64,000 nucleotides of DNA, taken from Candidatus Latescibacterota bacterium (GTDB lineage Bacteria > Latescibacterota > UBA2968). Each line of letters opens with the position of its first letter. Within the stretch, counting starts at the first letter, position 1. The stretch spans positions 3,392,001-3,456,000 of the forward strand of contig OZ244960.1 of the NCBI GenBank assembly GCA_965222605.1, in the 5' to 3' direction. The notes below the pieces were generated by a model, which saw only the letters and a list, made by a program, of their open reading frames with translations, made no database searches and had not been told where the DNA came from. This document shows positions 10,072-20,309 of the stretch, in pieces. The translations under genes were made by a program, and so were the position numbers.

Positions 10072-10290
10072 GTGACGCTCCGTTTATGTCGAGGATTTGG
10101 ATCGGGAATCATTCATAATTATACCATAATCATGAAAAAAAGAAAAAGCTAAAAAATTGCGAATGAGTTGAAGATATGATATCTTGAATCTGTTCATAAA
10201 GTCTGTTATATTTGAAGGGATACAGAGCCTAACGTCTGTCAAACTTTTTCTTGTAAAAAAAAATTACTTCAACGAGAGCGAGGTTTCAAC

Positions 10291-10536
10291 ATGGATGAAC
10301 AAAAATATCTCGATAGAATTACAGTCAATCCAAAAATCTTTGGTGGCAAGCCAATTATCCGAGGGCGCCGTCTCGCTGTTGAGCATGTCTTGGGCAGGCT
10401 TGCGGTAGGAGATACACCCGAGATTATTCTAAAAGGGTATCCCTGGCTGGAGCCTGAAGATATTCAGGCATGTTTGGTATATGCATACCGGATTGTTGGA
10501 CATGAACGTGTCGAACCGCGAATTGTTGAAGCATGA
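10291..10536 (+). CDS. DUF433 antitoxin
   Basis: RITVNPKIFGGKPIIRGRR...YPWLEPEDIQACL.YA. Confidence 0.9.
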   Translation: MDEQKYLDRITVNPKIFGGKPIIRGRRLAVEHVLGRLAVGDTPEIILKGYPWLEPEDIQACLVYAYRIVGHERVEPRIVEA

Positions 10537-10892
10537 AAGTGTTGCTCGATACATGTGTCTATGGAGGAGGTGTTGAAATACTTGAGGCTGCTGGTTATGA
10601 TGTTATTTGGGCTGGCAATTGGCCTCGAGATCCAGGCGATGAAGAGATTTTGCGACGCGCATACAGCGAAGGTAGGATTCTGATTACACTGGATAAGGAT
10701 TTCGGAGAACTGGCAGTTCTTTTTCGCAAACCTCATTGTGGTATCATAAGATTGGTGGATTTATCATATACACAAGAGCCAAAAGTGTGTATGCAGGTAC
10801 TTGATAAATATGGTGAGGTGTTGCAAAAAGGCGCGATAGTTACGGCAGAATTGGATCGTCTGAGATTTAGGCCTCCTGATCCAGAAACGTAA
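10533..10892 (+). CDS. DUF5615 PIN-like toxin
   Basis: MKVLLD, PGDEEIL, RILITLDKDFGEL; ATGA overlap with DUF433 gene. Confidence 0.9.
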   Translation: MKVLLDTCVYGGGVEILEAAGYDVIWAGNWPRDPGDEEILRRAYSEGRILITLDKDFGELAVLFRKPHCGIIRLVDLSYTQEPKVCMQVLDKYGEVLQKGAIVTAELDRLRFRPPDPET

Positions 10893-10956
10893 AGGATAGA
10901 TGATATGGAAGCTTTTGGAATACCGGAAGATGTAGAGACGCAATACAGGAGGCAAT

Positions 10957-11796
10957 ATGTCTGCTCCACGTATCGATGACCGCGACTGGTCCGCCTTGAC
11001 TTCGGGCGAGCGCATTCGCCAGATTGAGGTCGAGGGCTACCTTATGATCCCCGATCTATTGACGCCCGAGCATCTGGCCCGGCTCAAGGCGATAACCGAC
11101 AGCCTGGAAACCACCCCGGTGGATTACAGCATCCACCAGCGGGGACGGAGTGATATCCAGTTCCTCGGCGGCGAAATCACCGACCTCATCGCCCATCCCC
11201 CAACGGTTGCCTTTCTGAGGGAACTCCTGGGGGAGGACATCATCCTGTCGCACTACGGCTATGCCCGCTCAGAGCCTGGGCACCCTGGCATCAGCCTCCA
11301 TACGGACGGCCAACCCTACGGTTCGCACATCTTTGGTTACCTGGGCAGCGTACCGATCATGGTCCGGGTGCTGTATTATCTGGACGACCTGACCCCGGAA
11401 GTCTCCCCATTCCGCGTAATTCCCCGATCGCACCTCTCCATGCACGCAGACGGCAATCCCTACCAGCGCTTCGAGTCCCATCCCGAGGAGGTCATGGTCA
11501 CCGCAAAAGCCGGTTCTGCCATGTTCATCAACCACAAGATTTTCCACGGCAACTTCCCCAATGTCGGCGACTGGCCCCGCTCGATGCTGGCTATTGCTTA
11601 CCGCCCGGCCTGGGCCGGTCCTGTCCAGAAAGTTGAAGGGTGGGATCCGCAGGCCGTCGCCGCGCTGCCCGATGCAGTGAAGTCCTTCTTCGGCGACCGC
11701 AACACCCGCCACTGGATCTTCGAAGGGGGCAACAAACCGCCCAACATGGCCAGCCACGCCCCTGGCATCAATCCCAGCCGATGGAAACGCAAGTGA
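10957..11796 (+). CDS. Phytanoyl-CoA dioxygenase (PhyH) family Fe/2OG enzyme
   Basis: EGYLMIPDLL, HTD, VIPRSH, distal H in KIFHGN. Confidence 0.88.
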   Translation: MSAPRIDDRDWSALTSGERIRQIEVEGYLMIPDLLTPEHLARLKAITDSLETTPVDYSIHQRGRSDIQFLGGEITDLIAHPPTVAFLRELLGEDIILSHYGYARSEPGHPGISLHTDGQPYGSHIFGYLGSVPIMVRVLYYLDDLTPEVSPFRVIPRSHLSMHADGNPYQRFESHPEEVMVTAKAGSAMFINHKIFHGNFPNVGDWPRSMLAIAYRPAWAGPVQKVEGWDPQAVAALPDAVKSFFGDRNTRHWIFEGGNKPPNMASHAPGINPSRWKRK

Positions 11797-11805
11797 GGAG
11801 AACGA

Positions 11806-12588
11806 ATGTATCCCAACCCCCTTAAACAGAAACTCAGAAAGGGCGAAATCGTGCTGGGGACCTCCCTGCCGGTCCCCTCATCCCTCGTCCTTGGAACCAT
11901 CATGCAGGCCCGGCCAGACTTTGTCTGGATCGATACCGAACACGCCCCGTTCGCCACCGAATCCCTTGACGCCATCCCCGTCCTTGCCAGGCAGAACGGC
12001 GTGGCGCCGATGATCCGTGTGGCCTGGAACGACCCGGCCCTGATCAAGAAGGCCTACGATGTTGGCGCCGTGGCTGTGATGGTGCCCCAGGTCAACACCG
12101 CCGAAGAAGCCGCCCGGGCAGTGCAATATGCCCGTTACCCCCCTGAAGGACAGCGCGGGCTTTCCCCCATGTGGACCCGCATAGCCGGCGAAGACTGGAA
12201 CCACGTCATCAAAACCGCAAACGCAGAAACCGTATTGATTCTCCAGGTCGAGAGCCAGGAGGCCTACGACAACATCGACGAAATCAAGCAAGTCGCAGGC
12301 ATTGACGTCCTGCTCGTAGGGCCGCTCGACCTGTCCGCATCGGTCGGAAAGATCACCGAAACCAGCGCCAGGGAAGTCCAGGAGATTATGCGGGATGTTC
12401 CCGGGCAGCTGGAAGGGTCCGGCATTGTCGCTGGCACCACACTTGTGGATCTCTCCGAAATCCAGGAAAAACTTCGCTGGGGCTACCGTTTTATGAACGT
12501 CGGCAATGTTCTCGCTTACGGCACGCAGCTCCTGACCCATAACCTCGAAACCCTACGCGCCAATCCAGGTGGAAGGACTGAAGAATGA
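11806..12588 (+). CDS. HpcH/HpaI aldolase family
   Basis: WIDTEH, YPPEGQRG, LQVES, LVGPLDLS. Confidence 0.92.
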   Translation: MYPNPLKQKLRKGEIVLGTSLPVPSSLVLGTIMQARPDFVWIDTEHAPFATESLDAIPVLARQNGVAPMIRVAWNDPALIKKAYDVGAVAVMVPQVNTAEEAARAVQYARYPPEGQRGLSPMWTRIAGEDWNHVIKTANAETVLILQVESQEAYDNIDEIKQVAGIDVLLVGPLDLSASVGKITETSAREVQEIMRDVPGQLEGSGIVAGTTLVDLSEIQEKLRWGYRFMNVGNVLAYGTQLLTHNLETLRANPGGRTEE

Positions 12589-13448
12589 CAGAATCACTAC
12601 GCCTGCTCTCCATCGGGGCGCATCCGGCCGATATCTTCGACCAATCGGGCGGCACCATGGCCCATCACGTCAGCCGCGGCGACGATGTGCGGTGTGCGGT
12701 GCTGACCCACGGCGCACGGGTGCATGATGCCGTGATCAGCGACGCGATGTTCCACCGTGAGGAAGTGCCGGACGGGGCCGAGCTTCTGAAGCTGATGCAA
12801 GAACGCTCCGACGTCAAAGCGGCGGAGGTTCGCGCGGCCTGTGCGTTTCTGGGTGTAGAAGAGATCTACTTTTTCGGCGCCGATGATTCGGTCCTGCTCG
12901 TCAAGGACGAGACGGTGAGACGCCTGGCAAGGCTGCTGCGGGAGCTCCGTCCCGATATCGTCCTGACCCATTTCCCCAAAGAAGGTGACGGCCTGACCAA
13001 CGCGCACGCCACCGCCGGGCAGATCGTGATGCACGCCATCGGGCTGGCCAACAGCGTCGACCCCGGTGACCGAAATCCCCCCCACCGGGTCGCGCAGGTC
13101 TTTTATTTTGGAGGAGGCGGTGCGAGGATTCCCCGGCAGGTCTGGGACTCCGAGGGGGGCTACTACAACGACGTCTTCATCGACATCACCGATGTCGTGG
13201 AAAAAAAGCTGGCGGCGCTGGACTGCCTGGTGAGCCAGGGATACGGCGGTGCCTATTCCCGGAAACGGATCGAGACCAGCGACGGCGCATTTGGCAGCGC
13301 GGGGCACTGCGCGTACGCAGAAGGCTTCATTTCCCTGCACGCCGAAACCCATTCATTCCTTCCGCTGACCGAGCACGCGCTCAGGGTTGCCCGTTCATCC
13401 GACCACGAGAATATCAGTCGCAGTTCCTACCGCATCCCGGTGGATTGA
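12585..13448 (+). CDS. PIG-L family deacetylase (atypical metal motif)
   Basis: IGAHPADIFD, LTHG, RPDIVLTH, FIDITDVVEKKLAAL, YAEGF. Confidence 0.85.
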   Translation: MTESLRLLSIGAHPADIFDQSGGTMAHHVSRGDDVRCAVLTHGARVHDAVISDAMFHREEVPDGAELLKLMQERSDVKAAEVRAACAFLGVEEIYFFGADDSVLLVKDETVRRLARLLRELRPDIVLTHFPKEGDGLTNAHATAGQIVMHAIGLANSVDPGDRNPPHRVAQVFYFGGGGARIPRQVWDSEGGYYNDVFIDITDVVEKKLAALDCLVSQGYGGAYSRKRIETSDGAFGSAGHCAYAEGFISLHAETHSFLPLTEHALRVARSSDHENISRSSYRIPVD

Positions 13449-13495
13449 GAAGCTCTGCGAATGGCCCACCGATCCGCCCCACACGGATGGACCCC

Positions 13496-14368
13496 ATGAT
13501 CAAACTCGGCTGCACCGCCATGCTGCGGGACAAAGAGAACGCCGGGCAGTTCATCGACGTCGAATCTCTGATCGACCTGATCCACAACCTGAGGCTGGAC
13601 ATTGTCGATCTGCACCTCTACAGAGGGTTCCGTTCCAGGAATTCTGAGTACCTGCGCCAGATTAAGGGAAAGTGCCTCAGGTACGGGCTGCCGATCGGCT
13701 ATGTGGGAATCGGAAATGGATTCGTGGGCGCGGCGACCGGCGCGAACCAGCGCGTGGTCGGCGTTCCTCTGCCGCCGGAGGAACTGCGCAGGCGGGTGGC
13801 AGAGGCGAAAGAGGCCGTGGATGTGGCGGCATTTATGGGTGCGCCCCTGGTCCGCCTGTTCGGGGGTGGCCTGCCAGAGGGGACAGAGGACCGGGAAGCA
13901 CTCTGGTCCTCGATGATCCGCAGTTTCCAGGAAGTCGCCGACTACGCGATCGACAAGGGTATCTTCCTGGGTCTCCACAACCATCCGCCCGCCGTGGCTC
14001 CCACCGGTGACGACATCCTCCGCATCCTGCACGACACCGACCGCGAGAACTTCACCTTCATACTGGACACTGGCCAGTGGTTCGGCTCACCCGGAACAAA
14101 CCTGGCGGGGAAATTCGATTCCGGCCTGGCGTTCTACCACTACATGGAACAAACCGCCCCGCACGCCGCCTGCGTGCGTGCCAAAATCTACAAAATCGAC
14201 AGTGGCCGGGAAGAATGGCTCGACTACGAGCGCATTGTGTCGATCCTGAAAGCCGTCAACTACAACGGCAATGTGTCGATTATCTTCGAAGACCGCAACA
14301 ACCGTTGCGGTTACGCCGAAGCGATCGGCCTGGCGGCCAGGTATCTGCGCGGACTGCTCGCGGATTGA
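13496..14368 (+). CDS. Sugar phosphate isomerase/epimerase family
   Basis: LVRLFGG, GLHNH, ILDTGQW, LDYERI; start chosen at MIKLG. Confidence 0.8.
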   Translation: MIKLGCTAMLRDKENAGQFIDVESLIDLIHNLRLDIVDLHLYRGFRSRNSEYLRQIKGKCLRYGLPIGYVGIGNGFVGAATGANQRVVGVPLPPEELRRRVAEAKEAVDVAAFMGAPLVRLFGGGLPEGTEDREALWSSMIRSFQEVADYAIDKGIFLGLHNHPPAVAPTGDDILRILHDTDRENFTFILDTGQWFGSPGTNLAGKFDSGLAFYHYMEQTAPHAACVRAKIYKIDSGREEWLDYERIVSILKAVNYNGNVSIIFEDRNNRCGYAEAIGLAARYLRGLLAD

Positions 14369-14488
14369 AGGCCGGTCGCAATACTTCATCCCAGGCGTTT
14401 CAATCACACGTCCCTCCGCCAAAGTCCCTTATCTCTCTATCCCTCCTTCGGACAATATATCATAGCGCATGTCCATGTTCCCGCCGCC

Positions 14489-15850
14489 CTAAGGTAGCAC
14501 GCGCACGCGTTGTAGTCGCTGTTCCTCTTTGATATGTGTGTACTGCGTCTGTTGAATCCGGTGCGTTAGCAGGCGTTGCACAAGATCCAATGTCACATGC
14601 TCGTAACCGGCTACTCCAGCCAGATTTTGCTGTTCATGCGAATCCACAGTCAGGTTATACAGGTGCTGTACGCCGCCCTGTTCCGGATCGAATACCAGTT
14701 TCCAGTTTCCGGTGCGCACCATCGCACATGTAGCCAGTTCGGCAAATACCGCGTCTCTTCCACTGTGCGGTTCTCCCCGCACCATCGCCGGGATATCCAG
14801 CCCGGGCCGGCGGCGGTCGAACGCGAGCCTGGCCCCCGCAAGCCGAAGCATTGTCGGATACAGATCCAGGTGAGACACCAGTGCTTTGCTCACCCGCGGC
14901 CCGTTCATCCTTTCCTCTTTGGGAATTCCCGGACCGCACATCAAAAGCGGCACGCCTGCACTGTTCTCGTAGAAATACCTTTTGTCCCATATCCCATAAT
15001 CGCCCAGGCAGTCTCCGTGGTCCGACGTAAAAATAATTACCGTATTATCGTATATCCCCTTTGCCTTCAGCGCCTCCACCAGCTGGCCCACATAAGCATC
15101 GATTAGCGCGCATTTGTCCATATAGTGTGCTCGCCTTAGTCGCACCGATGCTTCGTCCGGCGCTCCCAGAGGCGGCGGCATCGCCTCGGGATCGTGTTGC
15201 AACTCGCCCGGATGCCACAGTGGTGGATGTGGCCCGATAAATGACAGATTTAAATAAAAAGGTCGGTCTTCTATATAGTCCTCTACGAATCGGATCCCTT
15301 TTATACCTATAAACCCGTCGGCCGTCTCGTCTGGGTCGTCGAACAGGTGCCGGAATCCCCCTTTGCGAAGCACCTCCCGAAATGCCTTCAGTTTTCCTTG
15401 TTTTTTTAGATAATTCGTGTACTCATCGTCATTGTGTCCGTTTTCCCCGTCGTCCTGAACCTGAAATATATAGTCGAATCCGTATTGTCTCAATTCTTCG
15501 TCGTTCTCCGTTACATCAATGCAGAACCCGTAGCTGTCAATGTAATGGTGCTTACCAATCATTGCCGTATAATACCCCGCCTGCTGAAGGTGATGCATAA
15601 ACGTATCGTTCCGAAGCTCCGGGTGAATCACATCGGCCTGATTCCCGCATACTCCCGTATGCGATGGGTACATCCCGGTGATGATCGAGATCCGCGAAGG
15701 CCCGCACAGCGGCGTGGCGCAATACGCGTTGGTAAACTGCGTTCCTTCTGCGGCTAAAGCCATCAAATTGGGCGTGCTTTTCCCCAGCGCATCGCGCCGG
15801 AAATGGTCGGTCAGAATCAAAATAATATTGGGCTTGCGGTTCTCGGACAT
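14489..15850 (-). CDS. Sulfatase (Cys-type S1)
   Basis: KPNIILILTD, CGPSR, GKHH, GPHPP, SDHGD. Confidence 0.93.
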   Translation of the reverse strand: MSENRKPNIILILTDHFRRDALGKSTPNLMALAAEGTQFTNAYCATPLCGPSRISIITGMYPSHTGVCGNQADVIHPELRNDTFMHHLQQAGYYTAMIGKHHYIDSYGFCIDVTENDEELRQYGFDYIFQVQDDGENGHNDDEYTNYLKKQGKLKAFREVLRKGGFRHLFDDPDETADGFIGIKGIRFVEDYIEDRPFYLNLSFIGPHPPLWHPGELQHDPEAMPPPLGAPDEASVRLRRAHYMDKCALIDAYVGQLVEALKAKGIYDNTVIIFTSDHGDCLGDYGIWDKRYFYENSAGVPLLMCGPGIPKEERMNGPRVSKALVSHLDLYPTMLRLAGARLAFDRRRPGLDIPAMVRGEPHSGRDAVFAELATCAMVRTGNWKLVFDPEQGGVQHLYNLTVDSHEQQNLAGVAGYEHVTLDLVQRLLTHRIQQTQYTHIKEEQRLQRVRVLP

Positions 15851-15886
15851 GGAATTCTCCAACGTGGTTAAACGCCCTGCGCTGTG

Positions 15887-17095
15887 TTAGTCCTTACCTT
15901 TGGCGCGAATTACCTTTAGAGTCTCTCGTGCGATCATCAGTTCTTCGTTGGTTGGGATGACGAGGACGGATATGGGAGCGGTTTCTCGATGAATTGCTTC
16001 GTTCATGGGGTTGCCTTCGTTTTTTGCCTCGTCGAGATGTACGCCCAGAAATCCGAGTTTTTCACAGATGCGCGCCCGAATGAGTGGCGCGTTTTCCCCT
16101 ATTCCGGCGGTAAATACAAGCGCGTCTATCCCATCGAGAACCGCTGCGTATTTCCCGATATATTGGCGAATGCGGTAGCAGAAGATGTCGATGGCAAGTG
16201 CCGCACGCCGATTTTTCTCATAGACGGCGATTAGATCTCTGAGGTCTGATCCGATTCCGGATATGCCGATGAGACCGCTTTGATGGTTGAGCATCTGATC
16301 GATTTGATCTGGCGTCATCTGGTGTTCTCTGATCAGGTAGAGAATGATCGCCGGGTCGATGTCTCCGCTACGCGTTCCCATTACGAGTCCCTGAAGGGGT
16401 GTAAAGCCCATACTGGTGTCGATTGATTTTCCATTTGCGATAGCGGTGATGCTACAGCCGTTTCCCAGATGGCAGGTGATCAATTTTAGTATTTTCAAAG
16501 GTGAATCGAGAATTTCCGCTGCACGCCTGGCAACGTATTGATGTGATATGCCGTGGAAACCGTATTGTCGAATTTGGTATTGTTCAGAAATCGTGTAGGG
16601 CAGGGCATAAGTGTGGGCGTAGTCCGGGATGGTCTGGTGGAATGCGGTGTCGAATACCGCAACGTGTGGGATGTCGGGTAGTATTTTTTGGCAGGCGCGA
16701 ATCCCCCGCAGATTGAAGGGGTTGTGGAGTGGGGCGAGGGGGGCGCATTGTTCGATTATTTTTTCGACTTCGGACGTGATCCGGGTCGAGGCCGCGAAGT
16801 GGCTCCCGCCGTGTACAACGCGATGGCCGACTGCGTGAATTTCATCGGGCGTGCGGAGGATTCCCTTTTCCGGGTGGAGAAGGATTTCAAAGATGCGTTG
16901 AAAAACTGTCTCGTGAGCGGTTTGAGGTACAGGAATTTGATGGGTGACGCCATCCCGCCGCGTATAAAACAATTTTGCGGATGGAGAGAGTAGCCGGTCA
17001 ACGTGTCCTTTTGCGAGGCATTCTTCGCTGTCCATATCAAAACACTGATATTTAATCGAGGAACTGCCGGCGTTGATGGTGAGTATCACAGGCAT
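15887..17095 (-). CDS. ackA: Acetate kinase
   Basis: INAGSSSIK, GHRVVHGG, APLHNP, FDTAFH, TSMGFTPLQG, TAGIGEN, PTNEE. Confidence 0.96.
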   Translation of the reverse strand: MPVILTINAGSSSIKYQCFDMDSEECLAKGHVDRLLSPSAKLFYTRRDGVTHQIPVPQTAHETVFQRIFEILLHPEKGILRTPDEIHAVGHRVVHGGSHFAASTRITSEVEKIIEQCAPLAPLHNPFNLRGIRACQKILPDIPHVAVFDTAFHQTIPDYAHTYALPYTISEQYQIRQYGFHGISHQYVARRAAEILDSPLKILKLITCHLGNGCSITAIANGKSIDTSMGFTPLQGLVMGTRSGDIDPAIILYLIREHQMTPDQIDQMLNHQSGLIGISGIGSDLRDLIAVYEKNRRAALAIDIFCYRIRQYIGKYAAVLDGIDALVFTAGIGENAPLIRARICEKLGFLGVHLDEAKNEGNPMNEAIHRETAPISVLVIPTNEELMIARETLKVIRAKGKD

Positions 17096-17105
17096 GGTTG
17101 GTCCG

Positions 17106-17966
17106 CTATCTATGGCTCCACTTAAAGGATTCATCGCTGTTCGCCTTTAGCCAGGTACGCAGAGGTACGTCCTCTTCTGAAGGCAGATAGTAGCCAGCCT
17201 GTTCGGTTGCCGCTCCGAGGAGTTGTCGGCGAATCGGGTCTATACGCTCGAAGAGATGGTCAACTTCCATTATACACTTGGGCCGGATCCAGCGATATGC
17301 ATAGCCGTAGAAGAGGACTTTTCTCGGTCTATTTAAATAGTTGGGACTCGCGGCGTGCCACAGTCGTCGGTCGAACAGGACGGCCGACCCGGCGCCGACC
17401 CGTATGGGCATGCCATTGATAGGCATTTCGGGATCGTCATCGGAATAGGTGAGTTGCTTGTTTGCCTGCTGCTCTGGAGCAATATAGAAGTTCGCCACCC
17501 CAACATCGGTGGTATCGGTCAGGAAGAAGGCAACCTTCAGCGACAACATAGGATTCACCGGGAGTCCCTCCATATCGAGGTCGCCATTGGATCGATTCTG
17601 GTCCTGATGCCAGCCTAATTTTTGACCAGCAGGCGGGGACTTGCTCGTTGGCGGCGTAGCAATCATCTGCGTGTGGAATAGATATATATTCCATCCCATG
17701 AGGCCCCAGACCTTTGGGAAGGTGGTGGGATAGTCTATGAGATCCAGAAGCGATGCGTCCTTGCCAATGCAGTCGTGTACGTTTATCCGCTGCGCCGGAT
17801 TCATGCCCTCCTCTTGCCGAATTCGTGTGTCAATGCGATCGACTGCGGCTACAGCCGTCTCGAGTATCTCCTCGTCGAGTGCTTTTTCTATGACGAAATA
17901 GCCATCGCGCTGAAACTGCTGGCGTTCCTCGTCTGTGAGTCTGTGGTCCAGGCAGGATCTATCCAT
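17106..17966 (-). CDS. Phytanoyl-CoA dioxygenase family
   Basis: FQRDGYFVIE, WHQD, LFDRRLWHA. Confidence 0.9.
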   Translation of the reverse strand: MDRSCLDHRLTDEERQQFQRDGYFVIEKALDEEILETAVAAVDRIDTRIRQEEGMNPAQRINVHDCIGKDASLLDLIDYPTTFPKVWGLMGWNIYLFHTQMIATPPTSKSPPAGQKLGWHQDQNRSNGDLDMEGLPVNPMLSLKVAFFLTDTTDVGVANFYIAPEQQANKQLTYSDDDPEMPINGMPIRVGAGSAVLFDRRLWHAASPNYLNRPRKVLFYGYAYRWIRPKCIMEVDHLFERIDPIRRQLLGAATEQAGYYLPSEEDVPLRTWLKANSDESFKWSHR

Positions 17967-18015
17967 TCGTCAATCTCCTGTTAGGAGTTTCTCCTCTGCG
18001 GCAATCCCATCAACC

Positions 18016-20292
18016 TCAATCAGCCTTCAACTCCAGATCCAGAAACGCCTGTTTCTCTTCTCCCGAGTGCAGGTCTTTCACCCGCACATTCAGCCGGAAA
18101 TCTCCCTTCCCGGCATTGCTCAGGTCCAGCGCCAGATACTCCGCAGTATCGGGCGTATCTCCCAGATATTCTACTTCTACGGAGGTTGTGGGTTTGTCCT
18201 TGCTGCCGAAGATTCTGAGCAAATCCTTGAGCACCGTCTTGGTTTCTTTCTCAATTTTTGCCACCGTATATTCAATCACAAAAGACGTCGTCCCGAACTC
18301 ATCGGGTGTCAGATTATAGACCTCGAAATACACATACATCGGCCGGGCCGGGTCGAATCGCCGCGTCGGATTGGGCACCAGGCGGTGGTCCCGGAAGGCA
18401 AATCGGCCAGAATCCGAAGCCGCAATTTCATAGGCCGGTACAATGCTGCTCACATCCAGCCGCACCTGCGAAAATGCCGGTATCTCCAGTGTTCCCTTCC
18501 ACCCCCCGAAGCGTCCTTCTCGGGTCTGTTGAATAAAAAAGGCATTGTTATAGGTATCGGGCCTCACCCGAAATCGAACCGTGCCGAGTCCCATCCCCCC
18601 AAACCAGCGCATATCCCGCCGGATCACGCCTTCCCGCTGCCGGGCAACCCGGTTCCAGTCCCGATCGTGCAGCGTCATGCCATATTCGTAAACCGCAGAC
18701 GTATCGGCCAGATTCTCCAGATTCTTATTCGACAGCGGAACTCCGTAAAAACACACTGCATCCGTCTTTTCTTTTCCTTTGAAAAATCCGATATACATAT
18801 GAAAAGGGAGCGGGTCAACATCCAGCCATGTATGGCGGTCCGTACGCAGCGCCACATCCACCGCCTGCCGACTCTGCAGGGTAATCTCATTTTGAATCTG
18901 CATCTGGTAGAGCGGGTCCCGGAACCGATCCGGATACAGATAGGGCGGCCCCCACATGTCCCGGTCCTCCAGCGTGGGCGGATAGGGCGCCAACCGCCAG
19001 TTGTTCCGCGTCCCGTGCCGGTCGATATTAAAATGAAAAATCATCTGAGGCAGAGCGGGCGTCGGGTCGTAGAACCAGGACTCGTTTTGGATTAGATCCT
19101 GGTCGATGGTCCGGGCCCGGTCGGCCGGATCCCCGTGGCGAATATAGATCAGCCCTTTGTCGTTCAGCCGGTCGTTGAGCGCAAAAGCAGGCGGGAAATT
19201 GAACACGCTCAGTTTATCGGGATTGTTGAACCACGCGCGCAGCTCGTCATACCGGTAATACGTCTCAGCCACCATCAAACGCCTGTAATGTTCGGCCAAC
19301 CGGGCGTTATACGACAGGGCCGGTGTGGGGTCTCTGCGAAGCCAGAAGCGTCGAAAAAAGTCGGCATAGTCCTCCGGTGTGACCAGGGACAGGAAGTGCC
19401 GCAGTTCCTTATCCGTCACAACATACTTCACATCCTCGAAAATCAGCTCGGCATCCAGGCGGTTGCGGATATGATCGACCGCTTCAAAGAAATACGCCTC
19501 GGCCGTTCGCGGCGGACCCAGAGCGTAGTACACCCGGGCAAGAGACAACCTTGCCGGCGCCGGGCTGATGGCCGAATCCGATGCCAACCAGGCCTTCAAT
19601 GTCTCGCCAGCCTGCTCCAGATCTCCGGCCAGCCGTTCGGCTTCTCCCACAAAATAGTCCGCGTGCTCGGTCCCCTGAATCTCCAGCCAGCCTTTCGTCT
19701 CCACCGGGTCACCGTGGTCCAGCAGGTAGCGGTAGAGCCGGAACAGCCCCCGCTGGCTGGCCGTCAGATGCGGCTTTGCCGCCACCTGTCGGTGTCCAAG
19801 ATAAATCGCCTCCCGGTACTTTCGCCGGTACCGCTCTAACGTTGCATACTGGTAGAATCCGTCCAGGTAGAGCGAATCTGCCGCAATGAGCCGCTTAAAG
19901 TATCTCTCTGCCTTGTCCCATTCCCGCTTCCGAAACAGCGTCGCCTTAAACTTTCCCGTTTCGCGGTGGCTAAGAGCCAGGTGGTAAAGCGTCTCCGGGT
20001 CCTCTGGAATCGTTTTAAGGACTTTTTGGTACCACTTCTTCGCCTTGCCCCAGTCCTCCTGGAGAACCCCCACCTTCCCCAGACCCTTCATCGCCGGGAT
20101 CAGCTTTCGATCCCGTTTCAGGGCCCGCTCAAACGCATCCTCGGCCTCCCGAAACTGTTTCTGCACAATCAGTGCATGGCCTTCATCTACCAGCCGCAGG
20201 GCCTGAGAGTCTCCCGCCTCGTCGGCCGGTGCCGTGCCGGACGCCAGGATTAAAACAACAAACACACGAAACCAGAAGCGCCAGATATCCAT
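18016..20292 (-). CDS. TPR + GWxTD domain protein
   Basis: Signal peptide, TPR helices, FWLRRDPTP...NARLAEHYRRL, DKGLIYIRHGDP, C-terminal beta-sandwich YFEVYNL. Confidence 0.82.
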   Translation of the reverse strand: MDIWRFWFRVFVVLILASGTAPADEAGDSQALRLVDEGHALIVQKQFREAEDAFERALKRDRKLIPAMKGLGKVGVLQEDWGKAKKWYQKVLKTIPEDPETLYHLALSHRETGKFKATLFRKREWDKAERYFKRLIAADSLYLDGFYQYATLERYRRKYREAIYLGHRQVAAKPHLTASQRGLFRLYRYLLDHGDPVETKGWLEIQGTEHADYFVGEAERLAGDLEQAGETLKAWLASDSAISPAPARLSLARVYYALGPPRTAEAYFFEAVDHIRNRLDAELIFEDVKYVVTDKELRHFLSLVTPEDYADFFRRFWLRRDPTPALSYNARLAEHYRRLMVAETYYRYDELRAWFNNPDKLSVFNFPPAFALNDRLNDKGLIYIRHGDPADRARTIDQDLIQNESWFYDPTPALPQMIFHFNIDRHGTRNNWRLAPYPPTLEDRDMWGPPYLYPDRFRDPLYQMQIQNEITLQSRQAVDVALRTDRHTWLDVDPLPFHMYIGFFKGKEKTDAVCFYGVPLSNKNLENLADTSAVYEYGMTLHDRDWNRVARQREGVIRRDMRWFGGMGLGTVRFRVRPDTYNNAFFIQQTREGRFGGWKGTLEIPAFSQVRLDVSSIVPAYEIAASDSGRFAFRDHRLVPNPTRRFDPARPMYVYFEVYNLTPDEFGTTSFVIEYTVAKIEKETKTVLKDLLRIFGSKDKPTTSVEVEYLGDTPDTAEYLALDLSNAGKGDFRLNVRVKDLHSGEEKQAFLDLELKAD

Positions 20293-20309
20293 AAATATTT
20301 CCAAAGAAG

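Noticed and set aside
17935-19839. Long plus-strand ORFs (386 aa, 234 aa)
   Set aside because: Antisense to the GWxTD gene, with no recognisable motifs.
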